Of a stretch of 64,000 bases of DNA, positions 35,301 through 48,309 are shown in pieces (positions within the stretch are counted from its first letter, which is position 1; each line of letters starts with the position of its first letter). The stretch comes from Macrostomum lignano (Eukaryota). A program made the position numbers and the translations under genes. Below the pieces are notes generated by a model. The model did no database searches. It was not told the DNA's origin and worked only from the letters and a program-made list of their open reading frames with translations. The stretch is from the NCBI GenBank assembly GCA_002269645.1, contig NIVC01003985.1, positions 1-64,000 of the forward strand, written 5' to 3'.

Positions 35301-38300
35301 TGAGCGGACCGTCGGTAGCCACTGTCACGAGTGTCGCCGCAAACGCCGACCAAGGAGAAGCCGAGACAGTCGATCTTCAATTCGATGAAGTGCGCGACAT
35401 CAACGCTGACGAGCAGGACAGGTGGCTGGACACCGGCGACGTTGCGGACTGGCTGTCGGACGGCCGACTGGCCATAGTGGACCGGAGGAGGCACATGTTC
35501 CGTCTGGCCAGCGGGGAGTGGATCTCGCCTGAAAAATTGGAACAGGTGAGTTTGTTGTGCTGTTGCAAAAGTTGGTAAGAATTTTGACTGTATACACTAT
35601 TGACGACTTGCTATTTATAGATCTATGGACCAAGAAGGGGATCTGTAGGGCAGCCAGTTTAAGAATTTGGTTGCGGAAGTTGTGCACACAGCTAGATTGA
35701 TTAGTATCTAGTGTGTCACCCGAGCATTTTCGGCTGATTTTCCGAGCATGAATGGATGTCTGTGGTAAAATCTCACCGAAAAGCATTAGGCCCAGAAATT
35801 CACTCATGCACGGTTTTGTGCATTGCTGAGAACGATGACTCATCCGGCAAAGGCCATCAGCGAAGCCCCAAAATCCCCTGGGTTAGAGCCACAGACACCA
35901 GCTGCTGCTGCTAATGCTTGAGAGCAGCAGAAGCTATAGTCTATGGTCTGAACCCGGGGCTTTCGCGGCTGGATCAGCAGAAAACATCAGATTTCATGAG
36001 ACGATAAAACATAGATATGGGTCACAGACGAACAAGCTAGCGAGCAGAGCAGTGACAAAAGAATCCTGCCGGACAAGAAGCTGCATGGCAGTGGCCCGCG
36101 AAGCTCTTCTACGCCTTTTTCCCCCAATCATCATCATCGCTTCCTTGCCAGTTCTGTACAGTTTCAATTCCAATGAAATTCGCATTTTAATTTCTAGAAG
36201 CAGAGGCTCTAAGCTGATTAGGGCCGAATAAAGGCACTGGGATTAATATTTCTCCTGCAAAGCTACTTAGCAGGAGAGATACTGGTAATTATTAAAGATT
36301 TCATCAGCATGACTGATTAATCTTGTTGTTTTTTAGACGTGGCTAAGCTTATTGACTCCAGAGCTTGAAGCTGCGCAAATCAATGCTTTCGTTCGAACTT
36401 CCTGTACTTTGAAGACATTATTTTCGATTGCCAAACGCTATCAGACAATCAGCTATGACAATAACCTCGGCCCCATTATTCGGGGGGGGGGGGAGGGTTG
36501 AAACGGACCAGCTAAAAAATCCAAAACTACACGTAACTCAACAAGATAGTCGGAGAAAGGGCGCGGCTCAGCCAGTGGACCGTGTCTAACTAGCTCTCGC
36601 GCCGCGACCCCGTGGTTTGATTCCGTGTCATGGCCACATTCATTTGGGGCTTGTGTACATGCTTGAGGATTAAAAAGTCTGTGTGAGCGTGTGCACGAGT
36701 GCGTGCGTGTGTACAGTATCGGCGCGCTTGTACATGCTCAGGAATCAGCGGAACGAGCAGACTTGTAGGATAAGGTAGCCGGTTGTGGGACGATGTCACC
36801 GCGAAGTTGCGCCAGGGGTGCCCACAACAGCCGCGGCCTACCTGCTTCATCGAAAGCAGAGCAAAAGTTTTTTTCTTTTTTGTATTTGATATTTCAAACG
36901 AAGGATTAAATTTGTGTCAGTTTCAAAACCGGATTTGAAAGAGTTTTACTCACTTTTGTCACGGCAAAATGCATCATAGAAGACAAAGCTGATTAACTAA
37001 TCGAACACTAAGTCCCCCATCAAAACAATAATCAAAATCCTTTACCATACTCAGGTGTACTCAACCTGCAGCTTAGTCAGTCAAGTCTACGTCGATGGCG
37101 ACGCAGAAGAACGCGGCACCCTGGCAGTTGTGGTGCCCCAGAGAAGCGCCATCATAGCTTGGTTCAGCGCTCGGAGACATTCGGCAGCAATGAATAGCGT
37201 AGCAAATCTCCAACACTGTGCGTCAGCTACATCTGTTGCTGCTGTCGATGCACTCAGCATGGAGGCCGTCTGTTGCAATGAAGACTTCAAAGCAGCCGTT
37301 CTGAGGCAGATGCTTGATGCTGGGAGAGCTGCCAGGCTGAGACCGTTCGAGCAGGTGCAGTGCTTTGCATGGAATATACTGGCTTGTGATTTGGGTTTTA
37401 AGTGGCACATGTACCACTGCTGTGTACATGTATGTGTAAGCAGGGTGCTTCACAAGCTCGAAATATCACAATTACCAGTCTCTTGGTGGGTGCCCCTGTC
37501 TCTTGGTGGGCGCCCCTGTCTTTTGGTGGGCGCCCCTGTCTCTTGGTGGGCGCCCCTGTCTCTTAGTCGGGCGCCACTGTCTCTTGGTTGGTGCCCCTGT
37601 AACTTAGTAGGGCGCCCCTGTGTCTTGGTTGGTGCCCCTGTCTCTTGGTGGGCGCCCCTGTCTTTTGGTGGGCGCCCCTGTCTCTTAGTAGGGCGCCCCT
37701 GTGTCTTGGTTGGTGCCCCTACATCTTAGTCGGGCGCCCCTGTGTCTTGGTTGGTGCTCCTGTATCTTAGTCGGGCGCCACTGTCTCTTGGTGGGCGCCC
37801 CTGTATCTTAGTCGGGTGCCAGTCTCTTGGTGGGCGCCCCTGTATCTTAGTCGGGCGCCACTGTCTCTTGGTGGGCGCCCCTGTATCTTAGTCGGGCGCC
37901 ACTGTCTCTTGGTGGGCGCCCCTGTATCTTAGTCGGGCGCCACTGTCTCTTGGTGGGCGCCCCTGTATCTTAGTCGGGCGCCACTATCCCTTAGCGGGCG
38001 CCCCTGTATCTTAGTCGGGCGCCACTATCCCTTAGCGGGCGCCCAGCTGTCTCGTGGTCAATTGATCGACTTGACCAACTCAACCATCGACTCAACGAAG
38101 ACATCAATCAGTCACTTTATGCGATACCGGCTACTTAATAATCTATGTAAAAGTAGAGAGAGCCAATAGAATTCTACGCAAAAGAAGACACTTCTAACCC
38201 CGGATTCTCCAGGTGAAAGACATTCTGCTCTATCCGACGCCATTCTCCTCCGACAACAGCCTGCTGACCTCCTCTGGCAAACTGCGCCGTTTCGAGCTGC

Positions 38301-38365
38301 GCAAGCTGTTCTGGGAGCAGTTCAACAGGATGTACTTCGATCTGAGGCACGCCTCCAGGTGTTAA
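29366..38365 (+). CDS. Long-chain fatty acyl-CoA synthetase (ACSL-like), 7 exons, about 777 aa, atypical ATP-binding loop
   Basis: Exons 29366-29524, 29701-29856, 31436-31997, 33949-34037, 34631-35545, 37055-37354, 38213-38365; all introns GT..AG with consistent phases. Motifs PCLGWR, WLSYQEV, RPEWSIAELGC, HLSHLPLSQAFER, VYGLAET, WLDTGD, IVDRRRHMFRLASGEWISPEKLE, SQVYVDGD, LLTSSGKLRR. The first exon and the exact 3' end are less certain. Confidence 0.88.
32044..32455. repeat. 23-bp minisatellite (CGTGACTTCACTGACTCTCCTAA, about 17 copies) in ACSL intron 3
   Basis: Directly visible periodicity. Confidence 0.95.
33371..33610 (+). mobile_element. tRNA-derived CORE-type SINE
   Basis: A-box/B-box head (tagcctagtgcagg..ggttcgattc) followed by gtgttcttgagcaagacattcaactctgcattgcttcagttcaccaagctgtaaaatggg, which resembles the MIR CORE domain. 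A second copy lies at 38985-39187. Confidence 0.8.
36555..36850 (+). mobile_element. tRNA-derived SINE, second family
   Basis: tRNA-like head (ggtttgattcc B-box). The body (tgtgtgag..gcgcgcttgta..gctcagg..gcggaa..gccggttgtg) is shared with the inverted copy at 42295-42600. Confidence 0.65.
37478..38045. repeat. 20-21-bp minisatellite (TTGGTGGGCGCCCCTGTCTC family) in ACSL intron 6
   Basis: Directly visible; related to the reverse complement of the 2987-6616 satellite. Confidence 0.9.
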
Positions 38366-38984
38366 TTACTAGTACGTACCATGGCTGCTAAATTGTAGTG
38401 AAATCTTATTTTTAAATGTGACTTTTTGATACTGTGGGCTGCTACATTGCCGACGGAACACAGTCCAATATTGATAACACCTGAACTATATCACCAGCGC
38501 GAATCTGTTGTTTGTCATGCATTTGATGCATAAATAATCGTCCTTTCATAAACTAATTTTGCTTATAAAAACGATGAAAAAAATAAACTGACAAAACATT
38601 ATTCAATAAGCGAGTTTAGTGCTCTGCAGGATAAAAGTGGCTGACAATGTTTACAGGTTGCTGAATGCAATATAAATTTTAGAAACATATATAATTGGTG
38701 TACCGTATTACTGTAATCATCTTTGTACATAGACAAACAAATAAGATTTTAAAATTTACTTACATTCAATCAAAATACATTAACAAACGAAGCTGATAAG
38801 TGAGAAAAGTCAAGGCAGTAGCAGGTAACTTCAAACACGCAATGCACCAATAGAGCGTTTCAATGACTACTCATAGTATTAGTTATTGAACTGAATATAA
38901 TATACAAGGGCTGTCAAAAAGTAGCTGATACTTTTGCCAATACATTTTCAATAGTCTAAATTGTATTGATTACAACTGCCCCAA

Positions 38985-39187
38985 TTGCGCGGCGCACCTG
39001 AAGACTGCGTACGGCTGTTCAGTCCAAGGAATTAGGGGGGGGGGCATTTTACAGCTGGGTGAACTGAAGCCATGCAGAGTCAAGTGTCTTGCTCAAGGAC
39101 ATGTCTAAATTGTTCCCTAATGGGTCCAGAATCGAACCCCCAACCTTTCAGTTGTAAGTCCTACGCTTTAACTACTAGGCTCCAACC
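38985..39187 (-). mobile_element. tRNA-derived CORE-type SINE (copy 2)
   Basis: The reverse complement aligns to 33371-33610 across head, core and tail. Confidence 0.8.
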
Positions 39188-39649
39188 TTCTCTGTGCAAT
39201 CTAAGGAGGGACAGGGAACTCTTTTAGTGTACGCTTTTCAATGACTTCCGAACCTGTTGAATTTCAGGTGCGAATTCAAAACTATCACTGCTTTTTAGAC
39301 GCCCGCCGTATACTTGTAATAATGCATGCACAGTTACAGATTCAAGTAATAAAAATAAACTAGAATTATGATAACAAACTCCACAGAGTAGGCCAAAATG
39401 GAGCTATCATGAAAAAATTACAAATGTTTAATAAGATTCCTAAAATTTGTACATGGAAATATTCAATGCGAGTTTCAGCAACCTCAGGTTTAGCCAGGTG
39501 CCTGTCTGTCAGATCAGAGACCCGAGAGGTCCACCTTCCACAGTCAAGGGGGGTTTGAGACCGTCTTAAATCTGATTCAATAGTCACACTTGTGACTCCC
39601 CAACTGCCACATGTGTGAGGGTCAAGGGTCACAATGGTCACACTTGACA

Positions 39650-40252
39650 CAGTCCAAGGGTCACACCTGACACAGTCCCAGGGTCACACCTGACACAGTT
39701 CAAGGGCACAACTGACAGTCCAAGGGTCACACCTGACACAGTCAAGGGTCACACCTGACACAGTCCAAGGGTCACACCTGACACAGTCAAAGGGTCACAC
39801 CTGACACAGTCCCAGGGTCACACCTGACACAGTCCCAGGGTCACACCTGACACAGTTCAAGGGCACAACTGACAGTCCAAGGGTCACACCTGACACAGTC
39901 CAAGGGTCACACCTGACACAGTCCAAGGGTCACACCTGACACAGTCCAAGGGTCACACCTGACACAGTCAAGGGTCACACCTGACACAGTCAAGGGTCAC
40001 ACCTGACACAGTCAAGGGTCACACCTGACACAGTCAAGGGTCACACCTGACACAGTCAAGGGTCACACCTGACACAGTCCAAGGGTCACACCTAACACAG
40101 TCAAGGGTCACACCTGACACAGTCAAGGGTCACACCTGACACAGTCAAGGGTCACACCTGACACAGTCCAAGGGTCACACCTGAAAGTCCAAGGGTCACA
40201 CCTGACACAGTCAAGGGTCACACCTGGCAGTCAAGGGTCACACCTGACACAG
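39650..40252. repeat. 22-23-bp minisatellite (AAGGGTCACACCTGACACAGTC(C), about 26 copies)
   Basis: Directly visible periodicity. Confidence 0.95.
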
Positions 40253-40298
40253 ATTTACTAACAAGAATGCAGGCACCTGGCAATCAGGCACAGAGGTG

Positions 40299-41851
40299 CT
40301 ACCTACGCTTGCTGTGCTTCACCACTCGGTCAATCAGCAGTGACACAAGCAGGGAGGCACCGGGAGATGATCTGGAATCGTCAGTGAGCATGGCAGATTG
40401 CAGACAGTCGGGCAGCTGTAGCTGCGGCAGCAACAGTCTCAATAATCGAAGGATCCTTCGCCTCAAGCCAGCCGCACATCCGGCCGGATGCGAACACAGC
40501 GACACGATTGGAAGTCGGCGACTTCGCTTTCTCAATAGTTTGCGCCGGATTCGCTTGTCGAACTCGGCACGGCACCGATCGACTGCGGAGCGGCTGTCGT
40601 CCAGAATTGAGCACAGGGCCAGCAGCAGGCGGTCGGTCGATCTGGTTGAGCAGTCGAACTCAGAGCGCAGCTCCAGCTGAGGCAGCAGGGCGCACACCAG
40701 ACGGAAGGCGGCCCGTCGTAGGTAGGCGATGTCAGCGTCAGCGCGGGCCGCCTCTGCTGCCCAGGCCGACAGACAGGCGGTGCTCCGGGCTGAGGACTCC
40801 GGCTGCTGCTGCTGCTGTGCACGCTTGGAGATGGTGAAGTTCTGATCGCTGATGTCGAAGATGTCGCCGCAGTCTTGGTCTAGCAGCTTTGGGGCGAAGT
40901 CGACGGGCACGTCGATAAAACCGTTCTCGTCTACGCTGGCCTGGTAGGATGAGGGCGAGTTTGAGGATCTGGGAGGCTGGCCCAGCAACTGAGGATCTGG
41001 GAGGCTGGCCCAGCAACTGACACTCTGGGAGGCTGGCCCAGCAACTGAGGATCTGGGAGGCAGGCCCAGCAACTGAGGATCTGGGAGGCTGGCCCAGCAA
41101 CTGAGAATCTGGGAGGCTGGCCCAGCAACTGACACTCTGGAAGGCTGGCCTAAAAACTCAAGATCTAGGAGTTTGGCCCAGCAACTGAGGATCTTGGGAG
41201 GCTGGCCCAGCAACTGAGGATCTTGGGAGGCTGGCCCAGCAACTGACACTCTTGGAGGCTGGCCCAGCAACTGAGGATCTGGGAGGCTGGCCCAACAACT
41301 GAGGATCTGGGAGGCAGGCCCAGCAACTGAGGATTTGAGGCACTCAAACAGAACCGGCCTACCTGGATATCATAGGACGCCTCGTACTGGTCTTCCCCAT
41401 CATCAATAACGATAGTGTTGGCATTGGTCAGCAATCCAGACTGGTAGGTCTCAGTCACGTGCAGCACAGTCCTGGTCACGGCGGTGGCTGCTGTATCAGC
41501 TGAGGACGGAGCCAAGCCGGAGAAGTACTCAAAGATGTTGTTATGCAAAGAGGACTCAGAGGAGACCTCAGAGCAGCGACTGTCGGGTCCGCCGCGTACG
41601 TCGTTACCGACGGCTGGCAGATCTTTGCGAAACCGCTTGCTGGCACCGCCGCTAACTGGACAGCCCAGAGTTGAGTCCACCTCGTCGCTACTGGCAACGC
41701 ACCCGGCGGTTGCTAAGGGGGCATCGTCTGTGTCTGGTACATCAATTAATAACGGCTCTGGGTCATCTATAGAGCCTATTGTCAGGCCGCAGCCATTGAT
41801 GGTGGCATGGTTGTGACATGGCTGCGGTTGGGAGCGCAGCTGAGATGACAT
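40299..41851 (-). CDS. Uncharacterised protein, at least 2 exons (41851-41363 and 40940-40299), about 376 aa; weak PXA/sorting-nexin-like similarity
   Basis: Phase-0 GT..AG intron (41362-40941) joins two long ORFs in frame and removes the minisatellite. The C-terminal half is helical and Leu-rich. True start and end are uncertain. Confidence 0.6.
40965..41340. repeat. 28-29-bp minisatellite (GAGGATCTGGGAGGCTGGCCCAGCAACT) in the intron of the orphan gene
   Basis: Directly visible periodicity. Confidence 0.93.
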
Positions 41852-42294
41852 GATGAGGTTAGGTGAAATCTAAGCGGACAGGTTGTGAGAAATTGTGCAG
41901 TCAGTGCTAGCGCATTGTTGAATAGCTGCAATAAGAAAATTGTAGTAAACAAACTAAACTTTATACACATAATATATCCATGCAGCTTATTGTTGTCTTT
42001 TATTTGCCCTTTAAGCAAGTATGTTTTAATGGCTCAAGCCAAATTTAAAGAAATCTAGTCTAGATCAAGGACACTAGAACAACTAGATACGCCACTCAGG
42101 CATAATTCTAAAACAGCTTTCTACTTTATGTTCAGTAGCAAAGAAGAATACATAAGCTATTTTATAAAAATAGACTAAAATTAAATAGAATAATAATTGC
42201 CAAGAATGTAAACTACGAGTATATAAGCTTGACTTCTTTTTATTTTATTAGAGGTAGGGGGGTTGTGTGCACCCTGGTGCACTTAAAATGACAT

Positions 42295-42600
42295 AGGCAC
42301 ACAACCGGCAAGAGGCATTACTGCCCATTCCGCCGACTCCCCTGAGCAGGCATACAAGCGCGCGGATACGTACGCAGGCACACACTCACACAGGAGTGTA
42401 CAGCAGCCCTAACATTATATTATTGTTAGGCATGTACACTTCACTGCACATTGGGGGGTTGGCTCTTAAGGCTGTTAATTGCACAAGCAGAGCCAAGCCA
42501 AGATTCCAATTTAGCCCCAAATTAATGTGACTGCACTTGGAATCGAGCCTGGGTTGCTGGCACACCAGAGCAGCTGCGCTACCACTGGGCTACGGCCCCC
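42295..42600 (-). mobile_element. tRNA-derived SINE, second family (copy 2)
   Basis: The reverse complement begins ggggccgtagcccagtggtagcg..ggctcgattcc; the body matches 36555-36850. Confidence 0.65.
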
Positions 42601-42612
42601 TCTAACATATAT

Positions 42613-42767
42613 GCGCAACCTTGAGAATCACTCAGCCATTTCTATTGGCAACACACACATGTAAGTTGTTATTGGACGGAATAGTACTATGTGACTGCTC
42701 TCCACCAATAGCGACTTACATGTGTGTGTTGCCAATAGAAACAGCCAGGTGAATCCCTAGGTTGCGC
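42613..42767. mobile_element. MITE-like hairpin
   Basis: Perfect 28-bp inverted repeat (42639-42666 and 42714-42741) inside the outer arms gcgcaacct and aggttgcgc. Confidence 0.72.
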
Positions 42768-44212
42768 CCAAGCATGCCCTCTAAGCTTGACTTTACTACT
42801 AGCAAATTTGTTACTATTTGAATTAAGTTTGGCTTAAAAATCTAAGCTTTTATAAGATTCAATTCTGCATTTCTCCTATTACATCAAGTATAGAAAGCTA
42901 CTAGTCTTGCTAGTACAAGAACAAAGCTCTGCAAATAATAAAGTATTTTACATTAAATATTTATTCTATAAAATTGCTGCAGCAATCTTTTGGATAATTA
43001 TCACGAAGTGAAATGATCAAAGATTTTAACTTTTCTAGCATTCATAGAATAACTGATTTTAGCACTTTTATAATTTAGCATCTTGTATATATTAAATTAA
43101 TTTTAGATAACAATCATTTGAATATGAAAATGGCCTTAAAATGATTAGGCCCTATGTTATGAAACTAAAGTCACTTCTTATCAATTTAGCTTTCAAGCAC
43201 ACATAATACTATATTCTATAGCATATTTTTTATAAATGAGCATTTTCTATGTTATTTCAATTTCAGATGACAACCATTTAAATACTAAAGTTGCCTTAAA
43301 TGATCCCATTCCCAGGCTAAAGCACTTCTTGTCTTTGGTGTCTGAGTCTTAAATCACTTGCATATAATGTTTCAATTGAAATAACCAATTTGCACAGAGG
43401 TCTTAGCTTCAATTTGTTATAAAATCTGAAGAGAACTGATACTCTGATAATTTGAACAGCATGAATATATTACCTTTTTCCCATTTTGGAAGATAACCAT
43501 TTTTTATGTTATTAGTAAATACAAAATATGATTATTAACCAAGTCTATAATACTGATTAAAGGAAGTTAGCAATGTGGAAAAAAATTACAATGGAACTGC
43601 AAATACAAAAACTAAATTAATGTTCCTATTAAAAAAGTATTTATTGTTTTTTTTAAATAGAATAAAATTGTTCTATATGAAGAAACAATTTAGTAAAAGT
43701 TTTAAAAAGTAACAAATTTAACTTTATTGAGTTTAGTTTAACAGTTTACTATGAACTGACTTTGTCTTTGATATTATATTTGATAAATACAAAAAGGTTG
43801 TTTATTGCTACAATGCCTCACGCCATAGACCCCATATAGAAAACATGATTATTGGCTGTCTACCATGTGTAACTTCTATAATAGCCAAAAATGTTCTTGC
43901 ATAGATGGCACCTCCCTAAGGCTATGGTGTCTAGCAAATATTTATATATTATGGCAAGTCTATAGTCTGGATCATGCTAGGTGCACATCTGAACAAAAAT
44001 TAAAAAATGATAAATACATACCAAAAAAAATTAATTATGCACCTATTTCTAATGGCTAAAACTATGTTGTGACAAAATGACCTTTTTATATTGTCAAAAA
44101 TAAATGACCTTTTTGAATTGCATAAGAGAACCTTTTTGGTAGATAATTTAGTTAATTTTTGTTTTTTAGCCATACTGCATATAGTAGAAAATTGGGCAAA
44201 AGTGCATTTTTG

Positions 44213-44743
44213 TTCGCGAAATTATTTTTTGTTTAAATTTGAAAGTTAGAAACCAGAAAACAATAACAACAATAAAATTTGATGTTTTAAACCATTCTAA
44301 AGATTGTGGCAGAGACCATGGCAGCCATCAAGTTGCGCGCATTTAGCTCTAGTTGCTGTAGAGTATTTGCTGGCAGCACTTCATTTGGCGGAATTATCCA
44401 CGAGGGTCTTGGTAGTTGTCTAGCCATGATACAATATGTTGTCCAAAAGAAAAAGCAGATATTAGCAGCTTCTCAGCTAAAGGGAAACAGTTCAAGCCCT
44501 CCCCCTTACTTGAGCCCCTTTCAATTTTTTAAACTATTTTTTTCCATAGACAAATTGCGTTTTAAGTAGCATTTGAACATGGCACAGAGATTTAATGAAA
44601 AAAGTATATTAATAGAGCACCCATTTGCTTTAAAGTTCCATGACCAGTGAGCTCTGACACAGTTGCTAAAATAGTTTAAAACATTGTTGTTATTGTTTTC
44701 TGGTTTCAAACTTTAAAATTTAAACAAAAAATTATTTCGCAAA
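44213..44743. mobile_element. AT-rich MITE with ~75-bp imperfect TIRs
   Basis: ttcgcgaaattattttttgtttaaattt..gaaaccagaaaacaataacaacaat pairs with its inverted copy at about 44670-44743. Confidence 0.7.
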
Positions 44744-46659
44744 CCAAACTATACTATTGCCAAAAATTGATATATAAAAACTTTATTAAAAAGATTTGTT
44801 TAAGATTTGTTTTTATCTTAAAGCAAAGATTTGCTTTATTATTAGGCTAAGCCTAAGCTTAAAAAACTAGAAAGCTTGAAATTTAGGCTTAAACAGATTT
44901 TTTTTACTCTTTGTCTACTTAACACTTACTTTTCTATCTGATTCTATAAAGTAAATGCAAGGTGTACACATACACTATTTTGACATAGTTCTAGTTTACT
45001 TCATTATATTCCAACCCCCTACCCTTGAATAGAGGGCAAAATAATTTAACGCAGTAAACTAAAACTATGCCAATATTTTCTTAGGACAGGAGTAATACAT
45101 ACATACCAATTATGGCTATGCACATCTACTTTTTGCATGCAAGGCCAATACATACCCAAATTTTTGGGCATATACTAAGGCCTATATGATCCAGAGTATA
45201 GTGGTAAGTATATCATAATGAGTTTACTATTACTTAATTTACTTGTTAGAGTTAGAAGTATGTTAACCATTAAATCTCCCAATTTATTTAAACATTTAAA
45301 AGGTCAAGATAATAAGTGATAGACATAGAGGCCAGCAAATTTTATATTTTGAATATTTTTGCTTAATAAGCCAAGGCCTATTTTGAATTGATTCCTTCAC
45401 TATAATTTTAATTTTAAAAAATTAGTCAGATTTTAGAATGATACTTTTTCTAAAAAAAAATACAAAAATTTAATATTGTTAATAAATAGCCCTGCCTGCA
45501 CAGATAGCGCATTGATCGTCTCAAAAAATTCAGTTCAGCACATGCTGTACCTAGTTTTTGACTAGGGCCTGGGGGGTCCTGGCGTCCATCTTTAAGCCTA
45601 GGCTTTAGGCTATACCTATAATAGAGAAAAAGGACAGATAGGGGCCAATTAGTGCAGGCAATTTCTGACGTACACTAGAATTGCCTGTCAAGCATCATAA
45701 ACAGAGAAAAGGGCCTAAAGTCCTTGTTATAGGCCCTACACTATTGTGCATTAAATTACAATGGTGTTGTGTTGACGGACACCAATATTTAGCCGTGGTC
45801 GAATGATACGGATACGGTAAACCTTGAGAAAATAGAATGACATGAAATTTTAAATACATGCCACCTTTCTCTGAAAAAGTTTTCTGCTACAGCTTGTTTA
45901 CTAAACGCCTCAAGCTTTCCTTTTTATATTTTTATACGTTTTTTTATTCGTAACAAAGTAAAATAACTTATTTAGATTTTGTACCTATTTTAGAATTATC
46001 TTTTGTTTTACTATATGAAGAATAAAATTCATTAACTCAAACCGGCAACTGAATTTTAGGTCTTAAGTAGGACGGAATACCTCGTTTTTTGGAAAAATTT
46101 AGGAGGCAGTTTTTCCAAAAGAATGCACTACGGAGATAGGAAGTATTCATTTTTCAGCACAAAATTGTTCTTGCTTTCGATAGGAGGCAGACCCAATGCC
46201 CATAGTTATAAATGATGTACATGTACAGTATGTTGTTGTAATTCTCTAGCTTCTTACATGTGTATTTTTTGTATTGATATTCATAAATCTTTTCGTTCTA
46301 AAAATTAAGATTTCATGTTGACTTTTTATTTTACGTACAATAATTCACTTGTAGTGCATGTCATGCCTAAAAAAATAAACCTAATTAAAATGGGATGACT
46401 CGATCGGTTCATTTGATTTTATGGATCCGTTTTATCATTCTAGGCTAAACGTTTAAGAATATGTGTAACAGCGAGAGGATGACTAATTTCCTAAACTGAC
46501 ATACAACTAGTGCAGTGTCATGAGCTTTGGATTCCAAGCCCGGCTGTACATTTCAATTTGTTTTTCTGTTTCCCTGTTTCCGCAGCCCCCTATCCCCAGT
46601 GCCCCACTAGTTCTCGAAAGAACTAGTTTATTTAGCTTTGTTAGCAAAATTTCTAACTT

Positions 46660-47130
46660 GTCACAACAACAAAAAATACGCAGTTAGCGTCACAGGGCGC
46701 GCTTCTCAAGGCCAGGTCGCGAATGAACGCCACACGCCCCCGGCCGAATCCGGGGCGCCGGCGTCAGCCGTTAGGGTGCCTGCAGGCGTAGCGTTAGCAG
46801 CAGCACCTCCTGCATCGGCTGTGGGCAGTACGACTCGTCGCGGATGATTTGGCCTGCCAGCTGGAGTCTCCGACGGCGCAGCAGGTCGCTTGGACGGTAC
46901 CAGGCCAGCGCGGCGATACAAAGCCGCGTTGGTCACTCGCTCGTAGCCGAACTTGCCGAAGCAGGCCAGCGTGCGCCGCGTCAACTTGCTGCTCGAGCGA
47001 CTCCGTCAGCGTCCAGGTCTCGACATTGTACAGCAGGACGGTCTCGATCACCGCCTGGAAAAACGCCGCCCTCTGGTGGTCAGGTAAGGCCTCGGACCTT
47101 GCCACACTAGCGTAAAATGGGGGGAGCATT
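46660..47130 (-). mobile_element. 3' fragment of an RTE-like LINE (frameshifted)
   Basis: FQAVIETVLLYNVETWTLTE..VTNAALYRRAG..RRRRLQLAGQII, followed by a 3' tail like the copy near 28250. Confidence 0.82.
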
Positions 47131-48309
47131 TTATTCTGGCTTCCAGGCCAGTGGTGCTAGCTCTAGAAGTCCCTGGCTAGTAGCATTGCGCGTAAACATA
47201 AGGGAGCAAATTGGGGGGCTCCTTACTAAAATTCATATGGAGCAAAATCGATAAATCGAAATACGAGCATAGTTAGATGGAACTATATAGGAGGTCAAAG
47301 GGCACTGGGAGTGGTTCTAGCAAGTTCCAACACTATTTTGGTTTTCGTAGTTATGATATTTCAGGTTTGTGATATTTTGGGTTTCTGATGGGCGTTGCTA
47401 TTTTGTTTTTCAGAGTTATGCTATTGCTATTTTGGGTTTATGATGGGAAGTGCTTTCGGGATTGTGATTTTTCAGGTTTATGATGGCGACCCAATTTTGA
47501 GAAAAAGATACCTTCAGCTCGTTAATTCTGAACTGAGAAGGTTTTAAATTGTCGTTGCTTTTGACGAAAGCATAATTAGGCAGAGATAGGGGACTTTCAG
47601 CACTTTGGATGCAGAGAAATTTTACGGTTAAATTTGGAGTTTTCGCAGAAACAAAGAAACAAATACAGAATGAATTGAGAAATAAGTTTGGGACGCAATT
47701 CGCAATTTCGACTACTTGTTGTTAAACCATTGGTCAAAGTTTTAACCTCGGATCAGCCCAGGAAGGCTCTGCCGATGTATGATGTAATAAAAGCGAGTTA
47801 TTTGTTATACGAAATTAAGATGTATTCGAAATTAGAAATTCAAATATTTGCATTTGGGAAGTAAAACAATTCAGCATTGCACTTAAAAAAAAGGGGGGGA
47901 CAATCTTAATAGTGGGGATCCTCACAAAGATATGGACCGGTTACAATACAGGGAAAGTGCAGTCAATGTTTGGCAGTTTAAAAGAGAAATTAAAAATATT
48001 GGCGATGTTTAAGTTGATTTGATTAAATATATTGGGAGCATATACGAATAAAAAGAGCTACTATAAGTATAGCAGCCTTAAGGCAAAGTGATTTGTTTTA
48101 GGGTAGACAACAGTTTAGAAGTAAAAATTGTAAGTAAAAGCATATTGGTCAGTAAAAGTGCTTATTTTTTGTATAAAAAAGGCAAAAGCCGAGTAAAAAA
48201 GAACACATTCTGCCAAGATGTTAAAAGGCGAGCGTGTAAATTTCGACTACTTATAGTAACGCGCCTAGAAACTGGCAGTTAGCTACTCTATGCACTCAGT
48301 TAATTCGTG

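Noticed and set aside
40299-41270. 323-aa ORF with LLGQPPRSSVAGPASQ repeats as a repeat protein
   Set aside because: The repeat part lies in a GT..AG intron whose removal joins two non-repetitive exons in frame.
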